A DNA stretch of 20,000 bases. It comes from Chiloscyllium plagiosum (lineage: Eukaryota). Position 1 is the stretch's first letter. Every line of letters begins with the position of its first letter. A program made the position numbers and the translations under genes. Shown in pieces: positions 9,737-19,768 of this stretch. The notes beneath the pieces were generated by a model. That model was not told the DNA's origin and did not search any database. It saw only the letters and a list, made by a program, of their open reading frames with translations. The stretch lies in NCBI RefSeq assembly GCF_004010195.1, contig NC_057719.1:85682255-85702254 (forward strand), in the 5' to 3' direction.

Positions 9737-10112
9737 ACATAGAACCATAGAAATCCTACTGTGTGAAAACAGGCCACTTGGCCAGAGGATTCTACACCAA
9801 CCCTACAATGAGTATCTGACCCAGACCCATGACCTACCCAATTACTTTACTTTCCCGTGACTTATGCATCTAACCTACATATCCCTAATCACTGTGCACA
9901 ATTTAGCATGGATAATTCACCTAACCTGCACATCTCTGATCACTACAGCCAATTTATCTTTGGATTGTGGGAAGAAACCAGAGCACCCAAAGGAAACTCA
10001 CACAGACACAGGAAGAATGTGCAAACTCCACACAGATAGTCACTTGAGGGTGGAATCGAACCCCAGTCCCTGGTACTGTGAGGCAGCGGTGCTAACCATT
10101 GAGCCACTGTGT
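9737..10112 (-). mobile_element. HE1-type SINE, near full length, with a short internal duplication
   Basis: Reverse-complement head CACAGTGGCTCAATGGTTAGCACCGCTGCCTCACAG...GGGTTCGATTCC; tail TCTATGGTTCTATG. Confidence 0.88.
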
Positions 10113-10166
10113 CAACCAATCAAGATTTTTGTGCAAAATTAAGTAGGTAAAGAAGCATAGTCAGTG

Positions 10167-10363
10167 CTAAGAGTCAGTGTTAGAAAGAGTGTTGATGCTA
10201 GGTGTCCTCCTTAAATTCTGAAAGAATTTGACAATTACACTGAATGGGTATATGACTGAATTCTTCAGCTGCTCTCTGAATTTAGTCAAGGTCACTGCAT
10301 TAATAATGGTGTTGGTGCAAGTACTCAAAAGCTGCAGCATGTAGCCAGATTGTTGAATGAAAC
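10167..10363 (-). pseudogene. GPR139-like C-terminal segment (TM7 and helix 8), probably the 3' end of gene B
   Basis: GFIQQSGYMLQLLSTCTNTIINAVTLTKFREQLKNSVIYPF, matching the family pattern GYMLQLLSxCTNxxIYxxTQxKFRxxLK. Confidence 0.85.
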
Positions 10364-10367
10364 CTGA

Positions 10368-10428
10368 CAACTTATAAACTTTTCACTGTACTCATTTGAG
10401 TACGTGACAATAAAGCTAATTCAATTAC
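10368..10428 (+). mobile_element. Short LINE-type 3' tail (L2/Rex1-like)
   Basis: CTTTTCACTGTACTCATTTGAGTACGTGACAATAAAGCTAATTCAATT: a GTACTC/GAGTAC hairpin, AATAAA and a short repeat tail. Confidence 0.55.
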
Positions 10429-10869
10429 AGTCTAGGATGTCTCTTATCAGTCAAACGTTTGTTGGTTATTAAGGGTATTAATAAGTAGTGATTCTTAGGA
10501 TTAGGGTACAAGGAGGAAGACTCAAAGCACAAGGAACACTTCAGCCAACAGAAGCTTCAGGACAGGAGACATGTGTCCAGACAACTAGAGTTACAAATTG
10601 GCATCCCAAAGAGAATGAGCTGAAAAGTCACTTTTTATTTCTTTTATACTAGTTATGATAAACTTAAAAACTTTGAATATTTGTGAAAACACATTTGTTT
10701 TATGTATGGGTTTTGTAATTATTGGGATGAACAAACTTAGTGACTCTTTCAAACAAATAATCTATAATTGTCATTGATTTAGATCTTACAATTACAGTTA
10801 GGCGCACCCCAAAATTCTTACGATTCTAGAAAACCAGCGAAAATACACAAAGCCTGCAATGGGATACAA

Positions 10870-11270
10870 GATAAAGCAAGTGAGCAAACATATGACAGAT
10901 GGCATTAAATATGGGAAAATATGAAGTTGACCACTATAGTGGAAAGAATGAATGAGTAGATTTGAGTAGAGAGACTCTAGAGCATGCTGCAATTCAGATG
11001 GATCTGGATGTCCTTGTACAAGGATCAAAAAAGGTTAACTTGCAGATACAGTGGAAGGCAAAGCGAATATTGGGTGGGTGAGAGTTGCAGACAAGTAGGG
11101 AATTTTTGCATAAACTGTATGGGGTAATTGCAGTCTCAATCAAAGGAGGAATACTGCTTGCATTGGAGGCAGCATCATAAAAGTTCACTGAAGAGATTGC
11201 CTTATGTGGAAAGCTTGAACAGGTTATGTTAGGTCGATACTCAAAGTTTAGAAGAATGAGAGTTGATTTT
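10870..11270 (+). mobile_element. Old, degenerate CR1 LINE ORF2 fragment
   Basis: GATCTGGATGTCCTTGTACA, GCATTGGAGGCAG...AAAGTTCACT and AAGTTTAGAAGAATGAGAG are CR1 ORF2 3'-half hallmarks. Confidence 0.7.
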
Positions 11271-11288
11271 ATTGTAGAATTTTATTGT

Positions 11289-11532
11289 GGGCGGCATGGT
11301 GGCACAGTGGTTAGCACTGCTGCCTCACAGCGCCAGAGACCTGGGTTCAATTCCCGCCTCAGGCGACTGACTGTGTGGAGTTTGCACATTCTCCCCCTGT
11401 CTGCGTGGGTTTCCTCGTATTAGGTAAGGGGTAAATATAGGGGTATGGGTGGGTTTCGCTTCGGCGGGTCGGTGTGGACTTGTTGGGCCGAAGGGCCTGT
11501 TTCCACACTGCAATCTAATCTAAAAATCTAAT
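11289..11532 (+). mobile_element. HE1-type SINE with central deletion and (AATCT)n tail
   Basis: GGGCGGCATGGTGGCACAGTGGTTAGCACTGCTGCCTCACAGCGCC...GGGTTCAATTCCCGCC. After GGGTTTCCTC it jumps to the 3' part and ends GGGCCGAAGGGCCTGTTTCCACACTG-AATCTAATCT. Confidence 0.93.
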
Positions 11533-11534
11533 AC

Positions 11535-12265
11535 CTGCAGGATCATGGGGACCTGTGTAATCATGAATATTTGCAATTCACCAATAAATGAAATATATAA
11601 TATTTTTCAGCCACGGATTAGAAAACTACTAGATATAGCAAAGAGTAAAATGATGGAGCTCCTGCAATTCTCCATCTCTGGGAAAGTGTGATTCTAACTC
11701 TAGCTGTGATCCAGTAGCTTCCTGCGGATTCTGATGGCCACTAAAATGTGTCTGACAGTCAGAGCATTGAGCAGTCTGAATGGGAGGAAAGGAGTTACCC
11801 TTATTCTGAGGCATTTAAATACTACCCAGGCAGTTTCAGTGAAAAACTTGGTGTTGCAGGGCACATTGTCAATTATATATTCAGGTTCATATACAAAGTA
11901 CCAATGAATATTTTACAGGAAGAACAGTATCTTACTGTTGCAATAACCATAGTCACAGTTTTCTCTGTACAATATATTGTTCTCACCTTATGACAATGAA
12001 TTGCAATGAATTGATCAAAGGTGAAAGTGACAGTGAACCAGACTGAAATGCCTGTGGCTGCTGGAGGTAAAATGTGAGAGCATGAAATTGCAGGAGTTGT
12101 GACCATTTTATATGTTTGGAAAATGAAAAGAAATAACTGCAAACAATAACACATCAGTGAAAATGACAAGTAGATCTGTTATTGCCATGGTCTCCAGATA
12201 ACGGGTGATACATTCAGAGAGTCCACATTTTCCTTGAGACAGAATCAAAACAGCCACTGAGTTAA
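11535..12265 (-). pseudogene. Exon 2 of GPR139-like pseudogene B (TM1-end to ECL3)
   Basis: Acceptor TTATTACAG, then (V)NSVAVLILSQGKCGLSECITRYLETMAITDLLVIFTDVLL...SVWFTVTFTFDQFIAIHC...LLNALTVRHILVA...PEMENCRSSIILLFAIS...YTGPHDPA. It carries several frameshifts and stops, and DRF is changed to DQF. Confidence 0.9.
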
Positions 12266-12509
12266 CTGTAATAAATAGAGAAAACAGAATGATGGATTGT
12301 CATTTCCTGGAACACAGCAATTAAATTGGAACATTGATACATCAAAAGAGAGATTGGCCAGTCAGCACATCAGAGCTTATGCTAACATTCAATTAGCTAT
12401 GCCTGATCAATATTTTACCATTATTTATCTTTGATTTTAAATATACTTGACTATATCAATCATTATTATTTTTGAAACTTAGAATGACCTTTCCTTGACA
12501 GTTTACTGA

Positions 12510-12802
12510 GGAGTGAACTTAAGGCATTTGTCCATCCTTAACATCACCTCTAAGTAACTCTGCTGTAATATTTTTTATTGAGTCTTCTTGTTCTGGAACT
12601 TTGACCAACAGAAATGCTTTTTTTTCTATCAACCCCATCAACTCCTTTACTCAGGTTGAAGATTTCAGCTAATTGGCTTCTTAGAATTGTACATGCAAGA
12701 GAATAAAGGTAAGTTTGTTGAAACTTGGCTCATAGTGTAACATTTTCATCACTAATATCATTCTCATGGTTTTGCAATCCATCCCAATCAGGGTCAAAAT
12801 CC
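12510..12802 (-). mobile_element. Highly degenerate CR1 LINE 3' fragment
   Basis: The plus strand shows the antisense CR1 pattern CTTGTTCTGGA...TTTCTATCAACCCCATCAA...ATCATTCT. Confidence 0.5.
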
Positions 12803-13699
12803 ATTGCATTGATCACCATGGAGACCGATCACCTCAAAAAACAAAAGTCACAGTGACAAGCCCAAAGCATCGGACAACAAGATGTTAGGTTTTAAGATAT
12901 TTACTGCAACAATGAGACACAAATTAACATTAAGTAAGCGTTACTAAGCAGGCAACTAATGTACTGGACAACAAAAAAGGCATTCTCTATAAACACAACT
13001 GAAAATCCCTGACCATTTTATTCTCTTTGCTTCCTTCTTTACAGAAATGTTGTGTTGTTATTAGTCTCCCAAATTTAACAGGATTACTTCTCTCTGCCAC
13101 ATCATGGCAAATCCTCCAGTGTCTATTAACCCAACCCCTCTTCACCCAACTCTTCAAATCCGCTTCCAGTATGAATGTACCGTTTGTGAATCTTGGTCTT
13201 TAATGTTTCTTTGAACCAGAAATCTGTGCTCATTGGTCTTCTGCTTGATGATTAAACTGGAAAAAGTTCTTTATGTCCAGCTCCACAGAATTGCACTTGT
13301 AGTGGGCCTTCTTCACTGACCTCTCTCTGGCTGGCTCTGAGATTCTGAGAGTTCCTGGACAATACCAAGAGCAGCTCTCTCTTTCTCTGTGTCAGTATCA
13401 TTCCAGTCGATGTGAGGCATCAGCAGTTCGGAACTCGGAGTGATACCCAGGTTAGTCATAAGTCTTAATTTGCAGTTTGACACAAATAAAAGAATGCAAA
13501 TTTTATACACAAAATACAACGACAAATTTGTTAGACAATTGAGAAAGATTTTACCATCAACAAAAAAATCCAATCCTTTCTCCAGAAGTATCATTGACAG
13601 TAATTAAATCTCACTGTAGTATCACTCCTGCTGTAACACCTTCATTTTGAGTCCAATTCCCTTGGACTCCTAAAGCAGGATAAGATCCTTCCTAATTCT

Positions 13700-13935
13700 G
13701 GTGGCCAGGATAATTGTTCCCAGTTCGGATACTTTCTCTAGCTTGGATGACCTGGATATTGCTTTCCCGCTTGGATGACCTGAATGTTTTGTTTGCTGGT
13801 TCTGATAGCCTGGATATTTCTTTCCAGCTCTGATACGTCTTTCCATATCTGATACATCTTTCTAGCCCAAATGCATCTTTCCAGCTCTGATGGCTAGGAA
13901 TCTCCTGTGTAGCTCTGATGGTCTGGTTATTCCTT
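13700..13935. repeat. Degenerate minisatellite (19-bp and 28-30-bp units sharing CTTTCCAGCTCTGAT)
   Basis: CTTTCCAGCTCTGATACGT / CTTTCCATATCTGATACAT / CTTTCTAGCCCAAATGCAT / CTTTCCAGCTCTGATGGCT, plus GCTTGGATGACCTG twice. Confidence 0.75.
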
Positions 13936-13998
13936 TCTAAACCTTATTCTCACAGGGGGGCGTTGAGCAACAAATCTTGGCTTATATTTCCAATGGGA

Positions 13999-14303
13999 TA
14001 CTAAAGCTGTACTGTTGGAAGTGCCACTTTTTTCAGATGTGATATTAAACCAAGGCCTTAACTGTCCATTAAACACCCCATAGCACAACTTAGAAGAAGA
14101 GCAGAGGAATTGTCCAATGTGTCAACCCTTGACCAGTGTAGCTAGAAAGGTTAGGTTAGGTTAGTTGGTCACCATCACACTGGGAGCTTGCCATGCATAA
14201 AATTGACTGTGATCTTTCCTACGTTGCATTTCAGAAGGTTCTTAATTGGATTTAATGTTTTGGGTTGCTCTGAGATCATGCAAGACACGATATCAATATA
14301 TGT
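13999..14303 (+). mobile_element. DeuSINE-like (SacSINE1-type) element, degenerate
   Basis: GTGCCACTTTTTTCAGATGTGATATTAAACCAAGGCC, GAAGAAGAGCAG, TGGGAGCTTGCCATGCATAAAATTGACTG and an L2-like tail. Confidence 0.65.
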
Positions 14304-14309
14304 CATCGC

Positions 14310-14438
14310 CAAATACTGTAGGGGCTGGAAATCTGAAAAATGTACAAAAAGTGCTGCAGAAATCCAATAGGTCTGACAGCCTCTGTTGAGAGAAAAACAG
14401 AGTTGACATCTGGCATTCACTGAGATTCCTCTTCAGAG
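14310..14438 (-). mobile_element. Old Penelope-like terminal-repeat fragment
   Basis: Reverse complement CTCTGAAGAGG...GTCAACTCTG...GCTGTCAGACCT...CAGCAC...TTCAGATTTCCAGC parallels 8194-8312. Confidence 0.55.
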
Positions 14439-14509
14439 GTTTCCTTCGGCATAGTTGTAAAACTCACTTGAACACCAAACACAAAGGAAAAAGAAGTAAG
14501 CATATATTA

Positions 14510-16420
14510 GGTATAGACAGGATAGATCAAGAGAACCTTAGAATATGAATGCAGTAGGAGTATACTTAAGAGGAAAATCAGGAGGGCAAAAAGGGGACAT
14601 GAGATACCTTTGGCAAATAGGGTTAAAGAGAATCCAAAGGGTTTGTATAAATACATTGAGGACAAAAGGGTAACGAGGGAGAGAATAGGGCCCCTCAAAG
14701 TTCAGTAAGGTCAGAGCTGCAGGAAATGGAGAGGTATTAAATGAGTATTTTGCAACAGTGTTTATTGTGGAAAAGGACATGGAAGATATAGAATGTGGAG
14801 AAATAGATAGTGATACCATCTTGAAAAATGTCCATATTAAAGAGAAGAAAGTACTGGATGTATTGAAATGTATAGAGGTGGATAAATCCCCAAGGCCTGA
14901 CCAGGTATATGCTAGAACCCTGCGGGAGGCTAGGGAAGTGATTGCTGGGCCCCTTGCTGAGATATTTGTATCATAAATAATCACAGGTGAGGTACCGGAA
15001 TACTGGATGTTGGTTAACGTGGTGCCGCTATTTCAGAAAGGTGGTAAGGAAAAGCCAGGGAGCAATAGACGAGTGAGCCTGACATCAGTTGTGGGTAAGT
15101 TGTTGGAGGGAACCCTGAGGGACAGGATGTACATATATTTGGAAAGGCAAAGACTGATGAGGGATAGTCAACATGGCTTTGTGCGTGAGAAATCATGCCT
15201 CACGAACTTGATTGGGTTTTTTTGAAGAAGTAACGAAGAGGATTGATGGGGGCAGAGCAATGGTTGTGATCTATATGGACTGCAGTAAGGCATTGGACAG
15301 GGTTCCCCATGAGAGATTAGTTAGCAAGGTTAGATTTCATGGAATACAGGGAGAACTAGCCATTTGGATGCAGAATTGTCTCAAAAGTAGAAGACAAAGG
15401 GTTGCTCTTCAGACTGAAGGCCTGTGACCAGTGGAGTGCCATAAGGATCGGTGCTGGATCCACTATTTTTCATCAGTTATATAAATGATTTGGATGTGAA
15501 CATAGGAGGTATAGTTTAAGTTTGCAGGTGACACAAAATTGGAGGAATAGTGGACAGCGAAGAAGGTTACCTCAGATTACAAAGGGATCTTGATCAGTTG
15601 GGGCAATGGCCTGAGGAGTGGCAGATGGAGTTTAATTTAGATAAAGGCGAGGTGCTGCATTTTGGAAAAGCAAATCTTAGCAGGATGTATACATTTAATG
15701 GGAAGGTCCTGGGGAGAGACTTTGGAGTGCAGTTCATAGTTCCTTGAAAGTAAAGTCACAGGTAGATACGATAGTGAAGAAGGTTTTTGGTATGCTTATC
15801 TTTATTGGTTGGTGCATTGAGTATAGGAGTTGGAAAATCATGTTGCGGCTGTACTGGTTAGTTCTTTGTTTGGGCCACTTTTGGAATACTGCATTCAATT
15901 CTGGTCCCTCTGCTATAGGGAGGATGTTGTGAGGCCTGACAGGGTTCAGAAAAGATTTACAAGGATGTTGCTAAGGTTGGAGGATTTGAACTATAGGGAG
16001 ATGCTGAATAGGCTGGGGCTGTTTTCCCTGGAGCATCAGAGGCTGAGAGGTGACCTTATAGAGGGTTATAAAATCATGAGGGACATGGATAGGATAAATA
16101 GACAAAGTCTTTTTCCCTGAAGTGTGGGAGCCCAGAACTAGAGGGCATAGATTGAGGGTGAGAGGAGAAAGATGTAAAAGGGACGTAAGAGGCAACTTTT
16201 TCACACAGAGGGTGGTGCGTGTATGGAATGAGCTGCTAGAGGAAATGGTGGAGGTTGGTACAATTGCAGCATTTAAAAAGCATTTGGATGGGTATGGAGT
16301 ATTTGGAGGGATATGGGCCAAGTGTGGGCAAATGGGGTTAGATTAGGTTAGGATATCTGGTCGATATGGACAAGTTGGACCAAAGGGTCTGTCTGTGCTG
16401 TACTTCTCTATGACTCTATG
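14510..16420 (+). mobile_element. 5'-truncated CR1/HER1 LINE with disrupted ORF2 (reverse transcriptase)
   Basis: Fragments DKSPRPDQVYARTLRE, NVVPLFQKGGKEKPG...VSLTSVVGKLLE, QHGFVREKSCLTNL, IYMDCSKALDRVPH, SGVP*GSVL, FAGD (for FADD) and FFTQRVVRVWNEL. Tail TCTATGACTCTATG; many frameshifts and stops. Confidence 0.96.
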
Positions 16421-16854
16421 ACAAATTAGTTTGCACTGAACCTGATAGAAACAAGAAATGGCAGACTGATGTAATTCTGATAAAAATACAGAAATAACGG
16501 TTAATTCTAATCACCAGGCAGGACAAAGATAATTCGAATAACAAGTTGTTTACAAGAAATCGTGTTAGGATGAGATGGTATGCACAAATGCTTTATGCTA
16601 TTTCATTAGTTATTACCAAGTGATCATGCTCCCTGCCTGCCTACAAACAATGTATATGAACTCTCCGCAAACTCTGTAAAGGGGTCGGATTCTTTGGTGG
16701 TCTAGAGGTACCCATACTTCTGGGCTGATCAAATCTACCGACCTGGCCGTATCAGAATAATCTACCGACCCGGCCGTCACTGCTTGTGTGATGGACAAAT
16801 AGTCGTTTACAGGTGTGTTTATTGACTGGTCATGGAACTGAGCGACCCCCCTCA
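16421..16854 (+). mobile_element. Putative 5' LTR of an endogenous retrovirus (5' boundary uncertain)
   Basis: Ends in CCCCCTCA two bases before a primer-binding site. TATA-like TATATGA near 16653; 19-bp direct repeat at 16732-16750 and 16759-16777. Confidence 0.55.
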
Positions 16855-16856
16855 TT

Positions 16857-16874
16857 TGGTGCTGTGACCCGAAT
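16857..16874 (+). promoter_or_regulatory. Retroviral primer-binding site, tRNA-His type
   Basis: TGGTGCTGTGACCCGAAT matches 15/18 positions of TGGTGCCGTGACTCGGAT, the complement of the vertebrate tRNA-His 3' end. Confidence 0.8.
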
Positions 16875-17128
16875 CGGTACAGACAGACTGTCGACAGATT
16901 AGGTGCTGGGGAATGACTGTCCCAGGCGTGAGTATTTTCTGCCCCGTTTGGTTTTCCTCTCATTTATTTCAGGGCAGGTTCGACCCTTCACTAACTTTGG
17001 TCAAACTTGATCCAAGCCGACAAATTATTGGCAACAGAAATCTACATCCATATAAGTTTTGACGCCAAATACCGGTTAGCAGTTCAAACAAAAAGAAAAG
17101 GCTTAAAGATGATAGGTTTAGAATTATA

Positions 17129-18252
17129 GTGGTGTCTAAATTGAGACATGAATTAATGCCAACCATCCAAGATGTTGTTAAACTTCAGGGGGATGCCCCT
17201 GACACTGATAAGCTGTTATGGTCCGAGTTGGGCTGTTTGTATGACCCTGACACTCAACTCTGGACTACTCCCGTGGGTCAAACTTGTATGTCTGATGATC
17301 TTGCTCTGTGGGTTATTGAATATGTTCATTGCACAACTCATTGTGGGGCCAGAGCGGTCAGTGCCTTACTTCTGAGCAGCTGGTGGCATCCCCGCCTGCG
17401 GTATTTTGGTTCAGAGAGTTTGTGACTGTTGCCTGATCTGTCAGGAGCACAACCCCAGCAAGGATGTTCCCTGTGATCCCTTTTGAGATACTTCAACTGG
17501 ACTACATTGAGTTGAGTAAATGCCAATGTTATAAACATGTTTTTGTTATTGTTGATGTCTTTTCTAAGTGGATTGAAACCTACCCTACTACTAATGCTAC
17601 TGCTGAGACTGTGGTGAAGATGTTGCTTAAGGAAATTATTCCCCACTTCGGTAGACCTGTGTGCATTAGCTCAGAAAATGGACCGCACTTTGTGAGTTAT
17701 ATTAATGAAGAACTCTGTTCCCAGCTTTCTATTCATCTGCAACTGCATTGTGCTTATTGTCCTCAGACTGCCGTCCTTGTTGAACATTTTAACCAGACTC
17801 TTAAGACTAAACTTGCCAACATAGTGGTTGAGACTGTCCTCTCCTGGGTTATGCTGTTCCATGTGGCCTTATTCCAGATGTGATCCAGGCCTGTGGGCAA
17901 AACCCGACCGTCTCCAGCCGGGATTCTCTACGGTCGCCCATTCCATACTCTTTGGAACGATTCGGGACCCTCCTCAGTTCACTTCCACCACATGACCGAA
18001 GAAATGATTGGCTATGTTCTTGCTCTAACTAACGTTGTGCACGCCTTTCACTCCCAGGTGCCCATGGCCTATGGCAATGTTCTCTCCCTTTCAGCCTCAT
18101 CACGGGTGGAGCCGGGTTTGTTTGTGCTCATCACAAAGGGGTCTCCAACCTCATTGGGATGGCCCCTTCCAGGTTTTACTTCCCACCCCTATGGCAGTCA
18201 AAGTCACTGGCTGTTCGGCTTGGGACCACCTGCCCCATTGTAAACTGATTGG
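17129..18252 (+). pseudogene. pol: Degraded retroviral integrase (pol 3' end), gamma/epsilon class
   Basis: HCTTHCG plus frameshifted CLIC (HHCC zinc finger). Core PFEILQLDYIEL...VIVDVFSKWIETYP...ISSENGPHF...LVEHFNQTLK, then SPAGILYGRP, and C-terminal PHWDGPFQVLLPTPMAVKV...WDHLPHCK. Contains frameshifts and a stop at 17881. Confidence 0.93.
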
Positions 18253-18391
18253 CTGCACCAATCAAAAGGGGAGAGAGGAGGAGCGAATACTGGAATCCGA
18301 GGGAACCAAGATCCTGTCCATTTGGGTTTCTGATTGTTGCTGTTGTTTTAATGTTATTCTTATTACAGATACTTGAACTAAGAGGAGAGAC

Positions 18392-19270
18392 ATGTGGAGG
18401 ATCGCCTACCTACTGACCTGTTTGATCACATACGACATCCTGATGGGAAAGCTACTAAACATCAATGAAATCTGGAATGATCCGAGAATATCTACCACCT
18501 ATGCTGAGGAGATGTTACCCAGTGCACCGGACCAGACATCTTCGGCGTTTGGAGCATGACTAAGGCTGATTATTGCAATGGATGTTTGCATCAGAAAGAC
18601 CGTATGGTCCATCTGGACAGTAAAAATCAGTGGAAATTACCATGTCAGTACCAAACCTGCCTTTTTGATTTTACCTGCAGACGTAAGCCCAGTGAGGATA
18701 GAAATTATCAACCCCGTTACTGTAGTAACTGTTTTAAGGAGGACCAGGAGCACCACCACTTTTTGCAGGACAGGCCTACTAAAACAAAAGAAGCCTGATA
18801 GGGTAAACTCCTCAATCCATGAACAACTTATTTATACAGGCCCACAGGACACTCTTCACCCCTGAGTCAGTAGTATATTACTCCTCTCTATCAGTAGATG
18901 ACTTACTTGCCTCGTCCCCAGTCCCCGATCCCAATCTATTCAACAGGTTCCTTACTGTCGACCCTCCGAGGAGAAATATCACTTTCCAAAACTGCATTAG
19001 CCCTCCTGCCACCTGTCTGCTGATGTCTTTCAACTCTACTGCAGGGTCGTATGAAAATTGCTTTAATGGAACTGGCTTTGGGTGTGCAATTGTTCATGTT
19101 CCGAATAACATCTCCTGCCTATTTGAGACTTGTCTTCTCCACTCATTTATATTCCTGCCCATGTATACAAACAGCTTGCATTCCACTGACCTTGCGACAA
19201 TGGGCCTGATGTAGTTATGCCCATCTATGTGTACAGAGCCAGAATGGAACCCTTCTCTTGCGCATTTATA
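18392..19270 (+). pseudogene. Degraded env-like (SU) remnant, 3'-truncated
   Basis: Lies downstream of the integrase, after acceptor TTCTTATTACAG (18368). Starts with signal-like MWRIAYLLTCLITY, continues in Cys-rich frames, and has many N-glycosylation sequons (NIT, NST, NGT, NIS). No TM subunit or 3' LTR seen. Confidence 0.6.
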
Positions 19271-19469
19271 GGTCTTTTCTCTTTTCAGAATCTGATATTG
19301 TCGCCAAGGCAAAGTTTTCAGAGGAGTTCTAGCTCTGTCTGGCTGAAATTGTTTGTAGTGTTCATTCTAATCAGAAACATAGACTTTAATAACCTCCTGA
19401 CAATGAATGTCAGATTAATATATTTATAAATTAGTGCTCTCCCTCTCCCATACTTTATCATTTGCAGAA

Positions 19470-19768
19470 TGCTGTGTTGATCTAGGCACAAAGGGCATAA
19501 TCTCAGAGTAAGAGTTTCACATTTAAGTCAGAGATGAGAGGAATTTCTTGTCTCAGGTCACTGTAGAGACCTGTTGAGCCTTGGTCATACAATGTATTCA
19601 AGGCTGAGAGAGTCAGATTTTTAATCAGTAAGAGAATCAAGGGTTATGTGGAAAAGACAAAAAAGTGGAATTGAGGATTATCAGATTAGTCGTGACCTCA
19701 TTGCAAAGAGCAGATTTGATGGACTGAATGGCCTGTGTATGCTGCTACATCTTATTGTCTTATGGTGT
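19470..19768 (+). mobile_element. CR1 LINE 3' fragment
   Basis: GGGCATAATCTCAGAGTAAG, GAGATGAGAGGAATTTCTT, GATGGACTGAATGGCCT, and tail TCTTATTGTCTTATGG. Confidence 0.8.

Noticed and set aside
11289..11360. tRNA-like sequence with A and B boxes
   Set aside because: It is the head of an HE1 SINE and runs straight into the SINE body.
13700..13935. Repeat array as a CRISPR-like locus
   Set aside because: Vertebrate context, degenerate head-to-tail units, no unique spacers and no cas genes.
15971..16321. Minus-strand ORFs over CR1 3' ends (also 3338-3685, 4311-4550 and 14538-14984)
   Set aside because: Antisense frames of LINE ORF2.
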